Assembly: GCA_028534125.1 (NCBI GenBank)
Contig: CM052842.1
Coordinates: 248,001-312,000, forward strand
Source: Lama glama
Taxonomy: Eukaryota
DNA length: 64,000 nt
Direction: 5' to 3'
This document shows, piece by piece, positions 25,090 through 53,810 of this stretch (position 1 is the first letter of the stretch; each line of letters opens with the position of its first letter). The position numbers were made by a program, and so were the translations under genes. Below the pieces are notes generated by a model, which did not search any database, was not told where the DNA came from, and saw only the letters and a list, made by a program, of their open reading frames with translations.

Positions 25090-26852
25090 TCACAGGCTAA
25101 AGTAGTCTGCAGCCAGGCGCCCGTAGATGTCTGTGGTCCAGAGCACATGAGCACGGCCCGAGGCCAGCAGCAACTGGTGCAGCTCGGCCTCCACACGGGC
25201 AAACTTCTCTTCATTGATGGAGGCTTCCAGCAGGACAGAGGCAGGCGGTGGCCAGGGCAGGCCCTCATAACAGTCCACAGGGAAAGGGTGCACCACTGTG
25301 CGCAGCTCAGCCTGTGCCACTGAGTCCCGCAGGAGTTCCTTGAGGCCTGCCATGGACAGTGGATTGCCGTAGAGGCCGAGGTAGCGGAGGCTGGTGCAGC
25401 GAGTCAGCACAGGGAGTGTGACCAGCAGCTGGGTATCAGCAAGCTGGCACTCAGTCAGCTCGAGGTGCAGCAGAGTGGCTGCTGCTGCCTGTAGCAGACC
25501 CTGGAAGGGCTCTAGCTGTCTGCCAGACAGGTCGTTGCCACTCAGGTCCAACTTCTTGAGGTGGACAGCATGAGGGCTCTGTGCCAGGAAACGCAGGTCC
25601 TCAGGCAGTAGGGCACAGAAGGCCAGCTCCAGGCTCTCCAGGGGGCTCTGCAGGGTGCTGCAGGGGGGCACAGGGGGTCACAAACAGGCAGGGCCAGGGG
25701 AAGGTCTTGTGGAGGGGATGGGAGGAGCAGGGTAATAGCAGGCCCACTCACCTGAGTAACTGGTCCAGCCGCCCCGAGAGGAGAGAGGAGCCCATGCTGA
25801 GCTCCCGCAAACAAGTGAAGCGACCCATCTGAGCCAGGAAGTAGCGGAAGTTGTCCTCACCGTCCACGGAGGGCTGCCGTGAGTCCCCATGGACATAGTG
25901 CAGCCGCAGGCTGGCCAGGTGCTGGAAGCGGGCCACGTGCGGGATGATGACAGACAGGCCACGCAGGCCCAAGTTGTTGAAGCGCAGGTCCACACGGCGC
26001 AGGCAGCCAGCATCCAGAAGCTGTAGCAGGGCCACTGTATTGCGCATGGGCAAGTCCTCAGCCCGCAGGTCCCGGCAGCAGAGCCGCAGTGGGCTGCCTA
26101 CGCTGCTGCGGAGCGCCTCCCGCAGGAACGCGTAAGAGGCCCGGTTCACCCGCAGGTCCACTCGCACCTCCACAGGAATGGGAGCCAGCCCTGGCTCTGC
26201 AGTCCTGCCCTGCTGCTGTGCGATGCACGTGCGGGCCACAGCTGCTGTGCAGTCCCACATGCTCATGGTGCCAGGGTCCTGCTCCACGCCATCATCCAGA
26301 AGGCCCGTCATGTCCAGCACCCGCAGCACGTGCTTCCTGGGAGCAAGGGTGGGCTGAGACAGGAGACAAGGGAACACAGCCCACACCCACTATCCGCCAC
26401 CCTGGGACAGGAGCAGCATGCTTGCTCTTGCATTGAGCTCTTATACCAGACTGGAACCTCTTGTGGAGGATCCTTTTTGCACCCCCCTCCCCAGGCCTGA
26501 GGGCCACTCCAGTGAGCCCATACCTGCAGAGGGGCTGAGTGCCAGCCTCAGTCTCTGGGGTGTGGAGCCGGGCGGTCAGCCCCAGGATCACGGCTTGCAT
26601 GCTCTCAGTACTAGGCCGCTCCTGCAGCAGGGCCCGGCTGCAGTGGGCACACTCCTGCAGCAGCTGCTGGAAGCTGAGCAGTGGGAAGGGCCACATGTGC
26701 ACCAGCTCCCGCAGCACGACAGTCTTCTTGTCCATAAAGGCCACTTTGAACAGCAAGGGGAAGAGCTCTCGTGGCAGCAGGGGCAGGGCCTGGCAGGCAG
26801 CTGACTGGCACTGGAGCATCTGCCGTGTGCTCAGGAACACAAGCGTGTGCAT
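25090..26852 (-). CDS. LRRC14: Leucine-rich repeat-containing protein 14 (PRAME family), 493 aa
   Basis: Coding exons 26852-26524 (MHTLVFLSTRQ…LPRELFPLLF…WPFPLLS), 26336-25752, 25657-25090 (…LAADYFSL); 1482 nt intact. Non-coding exon 1 donor near 28526. Confidence 0.96.
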
Positions 26853-27819
26853 GGCGCTGGGCCAGGCAGGAGGCCACCTGCAGGGAAGGGTCCTTCAGTG
26901 GGGAGGACAGACGCGAGGCCACTGCCCCCTCCATGCACTGGTCGTGGGAAAGCTCAGCATGGTGCCTAGCACAGAGTGGAGAACCACAGCACCAAAGATC
27001 AAGTGCTAGGTGCCTTGCAATAGGCTGAGTGGAGAGGAAAGGAGCTCAAGGCCGCCCCCAGGCCCCACCCTCCAAAGCACGGGGGCATTTTTAGGGAAAC
27101 AAAGGTATCAAGCAGCACATAAAACAGCATGGCACCAGAGATGACTAACTCGCCTGGGTGTACTTCTGATGGCTGTTGCTCTGCAGGGCCCCCCATCTGA
27201 ATCGCAGCCCTCCCAAATCACAAAGCTACTTATCAGAGCCTCCCTTCCTTAAAAGTAGACCAAAGCTCAGGCCCCTCCCCCCACAGCACTAGTGGGATGG
27301 GATACTCCCAGGGGCTAGAAGTTGTATCCAAGTGTCCTCTCTCATAGCCTCCTCAGAATCTCTAGCAGACCGCCCTTGGATTCTGTGCAGCACAGTAAAC
27401 AGGAGCTAGAAGTACAGATGCAGCTTTATAAACACCCAAGCAGGTAGACAAGACCAGGACCCAGGGAACACTAAGTCCAGAGGGCCTGAGGAACCCAGGC
27501 CCTCAACATGAGCTCCAGTTCTACTATTTCACTGCCAGACAGGGAGAACCCTGGAGATTTACAGAAAGGAAAAGTGCCTCATCCACCGGGATCCTTGTCA
27601 TCTGTCTAAACATCTGTCTCTTCCCTGGAGAACCACGTTGAGAGACCAAGTCTCAAATCCATGGGGTTCAAAGGCACCAGGCCAGGGGCCTTTGCTCAGA
27701 CGCACAGAGGCAGCTGCCAAAGGAACATCCAAGCTGACAAGGAGAGCACAGAAGATGCCTGAGGGCACAAAGGTACCTGTGTGTCAGCTGTGCTGCTGAC
27801 TTCACAGCAGCAACAGTTA

Positions 27820-27950
27820 GCCGACTTACTGTGTGCCAGGCACCTCATCCTCAAAACTGCCTCCGGGTCATCACCCTGAAAACAAATTAGAAAACTAAGA
27901 CCTAGGCCGTGCCCGACCAAGGTCACAGCCTTGTGTGATGAACTGGGGGA
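27820..27950 (-). mobile_element. MIR fragment
   Basis: 'cttactgtgtgccaggcac…ttagaaaactaagacctagg…ccaaggtcacagc' MIR-like core. Confidence 0.5.
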
Positions 27951-28525
27951 AAGGTGGCAGCCTGGCCCCAGAGCCCCTGCTCTTGCGGACCTCACACACA
28001 AGTCCTTAGGGCACTGGTTCCTGAGAAGCCCCAGACGTCAACCCTCGGACTCGCTCGGCCTGTGGACAAATCTCGCGAGGACGACTCATACCTCGCTGTG
28101 ACAGGACAGGCCAACCGAGCACCTGTCACGAGAGGCAACGAAAGCAGCCAGTGTGGTCACCGTGGGAGGAGTCTCGGTGTGGTGGCCACCGCCCCCTCCA
28201 GCCGGCCCCAGCTCCAGCGTTTCCCTGAAAACGCCCCCGCCCGCCTTATCCAAGCCTCGAACCGCAGGAGGCCCTCAATCCGACGCCCTTCCACCTCCTG
28301 GGCGGGGTTCTGCCCCTCGAAGCCGAGGCGTCGTCCCCTCGGGGCCGGAGGCCGCTCAGCCCCGCGCCAGGCTCCGGGTCCCACCCAGCAGCCGCACCGC
28401 CCGGGCTCCCGCCCTTGCCTCCCAGGTGGCGCCGCCCCGAGGGCCAGCACCCGCCTCGTGCGGCCAGGCAGAGCCAGGGGTCGCACACTGCCCCGCTCAG
28501 TTCCCGGCTGGATGCCAGCGCTCAC

Positions 28526-35042
<6,517 letters not shown>

Positions 35043-35222
35043 CTGCCCTGTGCAGAAGGCCCTGTGCTCCCACATCACAGACGACATGGCCTGAGCAGGG
35101 CCTGCACAGCCAGTATGGAGGGTGTCACATGCAGCAGTTCATCAAGGCAAAGATGGGGTATCAGTGACCAACCACCCTGGGCAAAACCCACCGCCAGGAG
35201 TGTGGGGACAAAGGGGGTACAG

Positions 35223-35228
35223 AATAAA
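35223..35228 (+). terminator. RECQL4: RECQL4 polyA signal AATAAA
   Basis: Canonical hexamer ~180 nt after the stop. Confidence 0.85.
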
Positions 35229-35333
35229 AGATGCTCAAGTTGCTCTTAGGGACCCTCCTTCTGGTGGGGACAACCCCAGTCTGAGAACCTTGCATGTCAC
35301 TCGTCCCAGACACAGGCCACATGCACACTCCAC

Positions 35334-35339
35334 TTTATT
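35334..35339 (-). terminator. MFSD3: MFSD3 polyA signal AATAAA
   Basis: tttatt on plus, 20 nt after the MFSD3 stop. Confidence 0.8.
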
Positions 35340-35359
35340 GACAAGTCTGGCCACCCAGC

Positions 35360-37198
<1,839 letters not shown>

Positions 37199-37199
37199 C

Positions 37200-37760
37200 T
37201 AGGGGCGCGCACCCGGACTCTGGAGGCTGGGGCTGGGTCCAAGGCCGGCCTGGGCGGGATCAGAGGCCCCACTCAGAGCTGGGACAGAGCGGTTCCAAGT
37301 GGGGTCCGGTCGGGTCAGGGGTCATACGGCGGCATGGCTTCGGGGCGGGGCCGGGTTGGACAGCCTGGCGTCCTCACTGGCACCCTCGGGTCCTCGCGGC
37401 GTCAGTACCTCCAAAGAGCTGCCGGCCTCTCCGCGGCGGTACTCCGAGCGCCGCTCGGGCCCAGGCCGCGCAACCGGGAAACGCGGCGTCCATAGAGTGC
37501 GCGAGCGGGCCAGAGCGCCGGCCGCCCGCGGGCGCCCCCGGTGGCCGGCCTGGGCGCGGGAGGTGAGTCGCGGGGGTGGCCGAGGTCGGCTGCGGTGCCT
37601 GGGTCCCCCAGGCTCGAACGTCGGAAGCGGCCGAAACCGCGGTCCACGCAAGTCCCTCCCAGGGTTATCGGATCCCGTCCCCAGACCCTCTGGACCCAGA
37701 CCATAACTCTCCGGAAGCGCTTCGGTGTCTCACCTGGAGCCTGGTTGCTGCAGCGTCCGT
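37200..37760 (-). promoter_or_regulatory. MFSD3: MFSD3 CpG-island promoter
   Basis: CpG-dense region with a GC box (ggggcgggg ~37342) and ETS-type CGGAAG (~37622, 37712) upstream of the ATG. Confidence 0.65.
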
Positions 37761-38329
37761 TGGGTCGCTCCAGCCGCCCCCACGGAGGAGCTGGCCTCTT
37801 TCCCTACCCACCCTTCCCCCGTCTCTTACTGCGCCCTCCTGCTTCTGGACCCGTCACCTCGCTCTGCTTGTGGTCTCAGCGCCCTCTCCTGGCCAGTGGC
37901 CGCAGAGGGCCGTGGAAGGCAGGAGATTTGTAGGAAATGTCCGAGCCAGGTTCCGCCCGAGGATGCTCCTGGCAGCTGCCGGAAAGCCCCTCTAGTGTCC
38001 AATGACAAGGCCTGGAGAGCCTGGCCGGGCTGGCGCAAGCCTGACTCCAGCTGGCCTTGCTGACGGAGGGGCCCATCCGAAGGGGAAACCAGAGCCGAAC
38101 ATGGGGTCTCACGCCACATCTCCTGACCAGAGCTGTGCGGTGCGGGCAGCAGTGAAACACGGACGTGGCTAAGAGCTGGATCCAGAGCAGAGCTGGAACC
38201 TCGTCCAGCACTATCTCTAAGCCCTCGGGTCCATGGAGTCAGCCCAATCCCTAGACCAACTCACAGGCACTTGAACCAACATACTCCCTCAGCTGCTGAG
38301 GCCCCTCTGGCTGGGCTGGGTTTCCTGTC

Positions 38330-38450
38330 ATTTCTACACATTCAGGGACCCAGGTTTCTCATCTATAAAGCGGGGACTACAGTGCTGACCACAGAGGACC
38401 GCTTGTGCAGTGACAAGTGTCTGGCAAGTGCACCTAGGTGCTCATCCTCC
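38330..38450 (+). mobile_element. MIR fragment
   Basis: 'ggtttctcatctataaagcggggactacag' MIR core-like. Confidence 0.45.
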
Positions 38451-39032
38451 AGTGGCAAGGACACAGGGAGGCCCACCTGCCCTGAGCCTGAGTCGTCCAG
38501 CCTAGCTCTGCCCACGGCACCTTTTCCTCAGCGTCTTACCTGCTCTCTCCCTGGTGCCAGCCGCAGGGCACTCCAGCTCAGAAGGGGGCCTGCCCTCTCA
38601 CTGTTTCCCAGCTGGAAGGCTGCGTTTGCACAAGGGTGTCACACACACTCACCACACACTCCACACAACATGGCAAAGCAAGCCCTATTGGTTCCTCCTC
38701 CCTCCCTGCTCTTGGCACGGCTGCTCCTCCAGCAGTCGGAAGAGGCCCCCTTAGGAGAACCAGGACTCCCGCTACTCACTCCATCCAGTCAGCTCCATCC
38801 TACAACTTAACATGTTCTCTGTGCTGCCAGGTAAGAGGCGGACAGTATGGGAAAGGTGGCGGCCAGGTCAGAGGACACACCTTTCTCTGTCTTTCTCAAA
38901 ATGGCTACACCCTGGGACCCTGCACCTGTGTTTCGTCCAGCCCCATCCTCACCCCTAACACCGCCAGGTTCCCCCTGAGGAGATGCAGGGAGTCTACTGC
39001 TTTTCTTCACACCACTTAACCTCCTAATTCTT

Positions 39033-39163
39033 TCTCTTTTTTTGTAAGTTTAAACTGGCTTGATTTTATTATTTTTTTAGATAATGGAGGTACTGGGGAT
39101 TGAACCCAGAGCCTCGTGAATGCTAGGCATGCGCTTTACCACCTGAGCTATACCCTCCCCCAG
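39033..39163 (-). mobile_element. tRNA-derived SINE (camelid Vic-1-like) with 18-bp target-site duplication
   Basis: Minus strand: GGGGAGGGTATAGCTCAGGTGGTAAAGCGCATGCCTAGC…GGGTTCAATCCCCAGTACCTCC plus A-rich tail (A and B boxes). TSD cttaacctcctaattctt at 39015-39032 and 39164-39181. Confidence 0.9.
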
Positions 39164-39406
39164 CTTAACCTCCTAATTCTTATGTGAATGTTTGCCGGTG
39201 TCTGGCCCAAGACCTGTGACCAGGGTGGAGACCCAGCCAGTGGCAGGTGTGGTGTCTGTAGAAGGTAACCTCCTGTGGAAGCCCTCCTTGACCACTCCTT
39301 CTGGGTCCCCCAGACCTGCACAGAAAAGCAGTCAGGAGTGGACAAAGGTGGGAGAGGGGTATACAGGAGTGCACACAGCCTCCAAGAAGTCAGGCCATCT
39401 GGTAGC

Positions 39407-39412
39407 TTTATT
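39407..39412 (-). terminator. GPT: GPT polyA signal AATAAA
   Basis: tttatt on plus, ~140 nt after the stop. Confidence 0.85.
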
Positions 39413-39551
39413 AAAGGCCTGCAGAGGGGCAGGGGCCCAGCCCCACAGGCAGCAGGAGCAAATCCAGAGGACTCCAGAGACCCCTCAGAATCCTGAGCAC
39501 TGTCAGTCCAGGGTCGTCCCTGCCGGCCCAGCCTGGCCCCCAGCGGCGTCC

Positions 39552-42111
<2,560 letters not shown>

Positions 42112-44463
42112 GACACAGCTCAGACCAGGCAGGGAGGAGGCTCAGGAGGCAGCAAGATCCAGAAATGGGAATAAGAGAAGCCAGGTCCAGGCTGGCGGAC
42201 CAGGGCTGGGAAACGGGGAGCCTGGGAAGGGGGCTTAAGGCAAGAGAGCACCCTCTGCACTGCAGCCTCCTGACCCCACTGAAAGGGACAGAGAAGGCTG
42301 CAGAAGGAGCTGGGGCCACAGGCCCCGCCTCACTTGTCTGGGCACAGTTCTGCCCCAGGGAGCCACAGGGAGTGGGTGAGAAGGCAGGCGGGGCTTGGGG
42401 TGAGGCCCAGTGCCCGCCCAGTGTCCCCATGACAGGGGAGCAGGAGACTCACATAGGGGGTAGGGACAGACGGAAGGTTCAAGCTCTGAGGGCCTGGGCC
42501 TGGGGGAGGGGAGAGGAGGGGAGCTGAGCACCCTGAGGGGATGGCAGAGCTGGGTAGGGCTGAACCCTGAGGGGAGAAGGAAGCCTGGGGCCCCTGGAGA
42601 TTTACCCTAGGAGGGCTCGACCTAGGCCCAGCCCTCTCGGACCCCCCATCTTTGCTGAGGCTGGCCGGCCTGTCTCCCAGGTAACTGAGCCAGGCCACAG
42701 GAATCCTGGGGCTGTCGGGGGAGGGGAGTGAGGTGGTCAGACTTGTGGGGTTCCATCTGCCCTCTTGTGCTGAGGACTGTGGCTCAGAGGCCATAAGAGC
42801 CCTGTGGTTGGACCTTGGTCCCCCATCAGGGCTGCAAGGCTGGAATCTCTGGGTCGGGGTGTTGGGGGAGGGGACAGGGGAACTCCGGGCTTTCCCAGGG
42901 CCCTTGGACACCTCAGCTGCTCTGGGACGCTGCTGTCCTGCGCTTTCTCCAATCCTGCACCAGCCTGGGGCTGCCCTTGGGGCCACACCGCAGGCAGGGT
43001 GACCTAAGCTCCCCTTCCCTGTTGCTCCTGATTGGTGGAGAGAGGGACGTGAGCCATGATAAGCCCTCAGGCCCCACCTCCACAGGCCCTGCAGGGAGCT
43101 GATAGGCCGTGCCTAGGGTGGCCGCCCCAGCGCCGGTATCTGACCGTGCTGAGGGTCAGGGAGCAGGCCCTCAGCTGAGCTGGGCTGTGGGCAGCTGGTC
43201 AGGCCTGAGCCGGAGCCTTGGCTGCAGCTCCTACTCCCACTGGCTGGAGAGGAACCACAGAGCCCCAGGTGGCTGGCCTCTCACCTTGCGCCTCTGGCTC
43301 CGCCGCCACCTCTGCCACCTCTGCCTCCCAGAGCGCAGGCCCACCCACCCTGCTGGCCCCCAGGCCGGAGCACAGGTTAATATGGGCCCAGCCCCAGGCG
43401 GAGCCAGCCCTCACCCGCCCCCTGGCAGCAGGGTCCAAGTGGCAGCTGTGGTGACAAGTGAACCTTGGGCAGCTGCACCACAACACATTCTAAATTTAAC
43501 CGGCAGCCTACCCCGGACTCTCCCCTAGCCCTGCTGAGAACACCTCTCCAGCCACTGATGCTTAGGGAAGGGCAGGCCTGTGGACACTGGGCAGACCAGG
43601 TCAGCGTCCAGCAGGGGAGAAGGTGACCTAAGTCCATGCCACCCAGCACTGGTGGCCATGCCAAGCAGCCTGCCATGGGCATGAGCTGGCAGGGCCCCCA
43701 TCCCTCCCAAGTGAGGCCCCTAAGGGGCCCCATGATCATGACACATTGTTCCTGGTCAGCTCAGAGGCCGAGAGGCCAGCTGTTGGCCTTCTTGGCTGGC
43801 CAGGCGGAAGCTGGCAGCCAGGCCCTGGGATCAGGGCTGCGTGCCAGGAATGGGGGACCCACCCAGCCAGGGAGGTTTCTGATGCAAGCCATCTACCACT
43901 CTGCCCCTCTGGGCCAAGAGTCTCATGGAAAATACCCTCTCCCTTTCCAAGCCAGGATCCCTGCCACTCCAGTGTGGATGCCCCCAGCCCGAGCCCCCAA
44001 GGACTGTCTTTCCAAAGCAACGTGTTCCCCTCAAGAAAGCAGAGTTACACAGGAGCCTCCAGGAGGCTGGGGAGGCAGGGTGCAGTGAAGGCCAGGCTTC
44101 TTGTCCAGGGGCCATGGGCCTCACGCCCACGCAGGGTTGGGCAATACAGGTGAGCCCAGCAAGCATCTACAGGTCTCAGGTGCTCACGGACAAGCACACC
44201 CAGGCCTAGCAACACAACAGCTCCCCATCATGCAAACGGGGGCCCAGCTGAGACACATGACAAGGCAGGTAGCAGAGCGAACAGCCCTTTATCCAGTCAC
44301 AGGATGAAACTAGGTCTCTGCAGCCAGGTGCCTCCCAGGTGTAACTTCTGTCCCTGGTCCATCTAAGGGAGGAGGTTAGCGTTCTGGCTGGGGGCACACA
44401 TCAGGGTCTGCAGAGCAGGGGCCCTGAGGCAGCAAGACCTTCACCTCCCTGAGAACCAGCCCT

Positions 44464-49044
<4,581 letters not shown>

Positions 49045-52000
49045 TCAATGCCCTCTGCCCCTGGCAAGGCTGGGTCAGGAGGCGTCACACCGTGACCTGG
49101 CCCAGGCAGTCGTGAGGGGCACAGGCCCCAGGCACCTTGGCTGCTCACTGGGCAGAGCCTCCCTCCCTCTAGGGGTCAGGGTGTACAGCCTGTGGGAAAC
49201 AACCCAGGACCTGGCCAATGTCAGTCCAGGGTCTGAAACTAATTGCCCAGATAATTGCCCAGGGCAGGGCAATAGGCAGAGGCCCCTGGGAGTCCTAAGA
49301 GCCCCTCACCTTCCAGGCCTTAGGAGGCTGGGTGGGGCCTGGGAGCAGCCATGGCTGGCACCTCCTCCCCATCTGCTGGGGGTCAGGGCTAATGAGGAGG
49401 TGTGGCAGGAGGGCAGGCTCAGCAGCCGGAGAGGCCTGGGCCGGGTGTGTCCAGAGTCCTGGGGTCCCAGTCCCCAGTGCCCAGGGTGAGGCTTCCCTAA
49501 GCGGCCAGGGCACTGCCGGTATGGAGGGCCTGGCAACTGTGTCTCCAGGAGGGCCTCCCCTTCGGAGAAGCCAGGCGACCAAGCTGCTGACAGCAGGGGC
49601 TCCCACGGCCCTGAGGGGAAACAAGGCAGCACATCAAGGCTGGCTCCCAGGGTGGTCAGGCGAGGGTCCCAGCAGGCCCTGCCCTGTGTGAGGCACCCCG
49701 CCGGCAGCCAGCACTGCTGGACCACAGTCTCCGGCAGAGGGGAGGGGCTTGCCCTGCCCTTGTTCTGGCTCACACACTCAGCGGTTCCAGAAAGGGATCT
49801 GCTGGCTGTGCAGCTGAAAGGGAGCAGGAAGGACTTCCCTTCCTTGTCCCCAGGCTGGGCTGGGATGGCCAGTCACCTTCTCCTTGGGCTCTCCCATAAC
49901 TGCCCTTCCTCCCCGGCCTCTTGGGCCTCAGGCCTCCTTGCTTCTCGGCAGCTGAGGGTGCAGGGCACAGCCAGTCCCAACCAGCACCCCAGCTCCTCGC
50001 CACCCAGAGTCCAGAAGGAAGTCCTTGCCAGGCTTTCCAGCTCAGGCCAGACAATGCCTCAGCCATCCTGGGCTGCAATAAAAGCCCTGGTCCTTTGAAC
50101 ACAGGCATAAAGGGGCTGCCTGACTTGGAATCTCTCGAACAAGCAGGCAGAGGGGCTGGCATGGCCCAGCCTGCCCAGCATCCCTGGTGTGGTCACTCGG
50201 CATGGTTGTGGGACACTCCTCAGGAGATCACGGCCCTTCTCCACCTAGAAAGAACCCACCCACAGCTCAGCTTGCCCACCAGGAGTCCACACTCTAATGC
50301 GGCCAGACCCTGCATGACCCTGCATCTAGATACTGATGCAGCCTTCCTCTGGCCAGACTTGTACTCAAGGATCTCAGTGATCTCTGGAAGGGGACTGTCC
50401 TGGGCCAGATCAAATCAGGTCAGGTCCGTGCTGCTCCAAGACCCTAGTGTACCTGGGGACTTGCTTTACAGGTCCGACCTGCCCTGGACTTTGCCTGTGC
50501 TCCAGCTATCCCCTCTGGGAGCCTGACCTCAGAGGCTCCCTGGGGACAGGACAGAGGACCAGCAAAGCCCAGGAAAGAGCTTTCCAGGCAGCATTCTGCT
50601 CTGGGCAGCCTGCCCCCAGCTGGCCACCTGTGCAGATTGCTGGGGCCAGAGCAGTCATGAGCTGTCCAGACCTCCAGCCCGGATTCCCCAAGTCCTGCCC
50701 TTGCCTCGGAGACACAACTTCCCCACTGAGACAGGCAGGAGGCCGGTGCAGGCACCCTGCCAGCTCCCCATCTATGAGGATGGGGGTAGGTCCCAGACCA
50801 CACCCAGGGCACACAGAGCCTGCACGCTCTTCCCTGCTGGCCACTCACGGCTCCCTCGCATTCCCCCTGAGGGAGCTGGCATCCCCTCCAGCCTGCACGC
50901 GGGGGTCTTCATCTCTCTGAAGTAAGGCTCTGGAGCTACCTGAATGGTCCACCCCAAAAGACCACAAGGAAGGAGCAAGGCACACTGCATTCTGCTCAGC
51001 GACACCCCTCCCTGTCTCCAGCCATGGGAGGGGAAGGGGACCCAGAGAGAACACCCTCCTACCCTGTCCAAGAGGGAGGAAGCCCCCCGCTGCCAGGCTA
51101 AGGCTGCCAAGCAGAGTGGGCTCACAGGGTCTCAGGGACCAGTTTTACTTCTCCAAGACAGACACCAACATCAGAGCCAGTCTGATTTTGTTGTGTTTAA
51201 GAAGCTTTAGGAAACATCCTCCCTCTCAACATTTTATGGAAGAAAAGAGATCCTGACGCCCAAGTCCTATAGAAAACAACCTAGAATAACCAGCTTTTCA
51301 AATTGAATAGATGTTGTGTTGTGGTTTTCTCATTTTGAAGAATATTCATGAAAAGTCACCCTGGGGCACCCTCTGGACAGCCTCAATCCACCCCGTGCCG
51401 GCCCGAGTCCACGGGCACAGGCTCCAGCTACAGAGCTGCTCCCTGCGGCCCCCAACGCCCTGGCAGCACAGACACAGACCCTGCTGGGCTACAGCAACTC
51501 AGACGGGGCCTCAGCACCCTACCCTGGGTTCCACCTTCCTGAAGCCCTGGGTTCTCTCTGGGCCCCCTCAGCGGCATTCCTTGCTGGAAGTTGCCTGAGG
51601 GCGGTCTCTGTGTGACCTTGGGCAGGTCCTTGGGCCACTGGACTGCCTCCTCTGAGAGACACATGACCCCAGGGAGTCCCAGGACCCCACTCAGTGGGCA
51701 TCCCATCCCAGGACAGTCTCCACAAGTGGCACCTGGCACCCCCCAGGCCAAGCCATCAGCTCTCAAGCCCCAGACCCCCAGACTCTGCCCGCTGCCCCTC
51801 CCCGAGCCCCACTCAGCCGCTTCCTCCCAACCATGCGGTCAGGCAATGGCCCCCAGAGCTCGGCAACTCACCCCTCAGCTGAGACACAAAGGCCAGGGCA
51901 GCTCAGCGGAGTCCCAGCAAATGACCACCGCATCACCCCCAGGCCCAGGGGGCTGAGCCAAGCGGCTGCTGCCTCCGTCTGCAGGGGCTGCCCCAAGCCT

Positions 52001-53810
52001 CCCTGGAATGTCAGACTGAGATAATCCGGGCGATTTTTCCAGTTCTCAGCTCCACTCCACGTGGTAGTGCAAGCCTGAGGTGGGAGGAGGCTTCTGGAGG
52101 AACCGCGGCCACCACCCCACATCCTCTCAGCCCACACCACCAAGCCAGCCCCAAAGACTGTGCTGGGAATACCACCCGACACCTGGCTGATGGGACCCCT
52201 AGGTGGACAGACCCGGACTGGCCAGGGTATCTCGGCAGCCCCTCCTCCACAGGTCCCAGTCACGATCCCCATTTTCAACACAGGGAGACCGAGGCCACGA
52301 CTAAACCCAGGGTCCCCTGTTAACAACTCCACCATACAGCCTCATGCCCTCTTCACGACATCTGTGTAAGAACCAGAGACATTGTAGCAGGAGCCCAGAG
52401 CCTGTCGCCTTGCTCACCCAGAGACAAGGAGGCTGTGCCTTGTGCAGAGAGGACAGGAGAGGCGAGGCGGATGTGTTAGAGAACGCCCAGCCCCGTGCCC
52501 ACCGCCTGTCAGGTTTGGGGACTTCACATCCCTGTTTTGCTCAAGGCTTGTCAGAGTGGGTTCCTGTAACTTTCAATCAAAAGAACTGGTTCCATCTGTG
52601 GCATCACGGGAATAGCCAAATCACCACTGCTGGTGACTCTGGGGAAAGTGTGTTGTAACAGACCCACACATGGTGCCCGTCAGCAGCGAGCTCGTCCAGA
52701 TGTCACAGGCCATGGCCTGAGACACGCTGGCCAAAGCCACGACCCAAAGCTGTCCCTGCCTGGGTCCCAGGAGCATCACAGATCCCCGGGGACAGCACCT
52801 GTGGCCAGGCCTCCAGGGACATGCCTGGCCTCATCCAAGGGCCAAGCCCAGCACCAGCCCACCTGGCTCGCCTGGGGAGACTCCTGGTCCCGCCACCTGT
52901 CCGGCCCCAACCCCAGGCACCAGGGCCCCACAGCAGCCCCCCCAGCAGATGGGGGCTGGATGTTGAGAGCACTATCTGCCCAGCTGGCCTCTCCCACCAA
53001 AGGACAAGCTCACTGAGGACACATTCCTGCATGTCTCTCAGCCATGGGCCAGAATCTGGAGGAGGGCCCTAGGTCAGTCAATGCGGCCGAGTGGACGAGC
53101 TCAGGCCTGAGGTGCCCTGGGCCCGCGCTGTTAACCCTGTCCAGTCGGGGAAGGAGCCCTCAAATGTGACAGGGGCAGCGCCAGGCCCGGAGGTGGCTGG
53201 GCCCCTGCCCTGGAGGACAGGACATGGTTTACAACAGGCACTTGCCTGGCACAGGGTGGGGGCCAGGAGGGGACCAGGAGGACAGCCGGCCACTGAGGGA
53301 GCAGTCTGGGGAGCTGGCAGCAGATCAGGAGGGCTGAAGTGTGAGCAGCAGGGACAGTGAGGCCCAGGGGCTGAGCCAGCGGGCGGGGGCTACTTGCACT
53401 GGCAGGAGGAGCAGGCCATCACTGTGGCATGATGGGAGTACAGAGCAGCTCCCCCCAGGTGCACTCGCCTGCCCCCTGCAAGCATGTTCTGGATCGTTCT
53501 AGAAGCTAATTGCGCAGCACTACCATTGGGCCCCTTGCTGCAGCAGCCCTTACGACAAAAACACCGGACGTGACCTACGTGTCTGTCAAATGGTCATAAA
53601 TAAGCCTCCGAGGGTTTATGAGGAAGCTTTCCAGGCACCACCGTGGCTAGGTCGCTAAGTAACTGTTCAGTGAAGAGAAAAACATACAAAATCTGTACAT
53701 GATAAGCTACATTTTGTGTAAAGAAGGAACAAAAAAGAATGCACATACACATCTATGTAAGAAACACAGGAGAGATGGGACAAGTGATGAGAAGTGCCAC
53801 CGGGAGGGCG

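Noticed and set aside
39085-39160. Possible tRNA gene
   Set aside because: A-rich tail and TSD show it is a tRNA-derived SINE.
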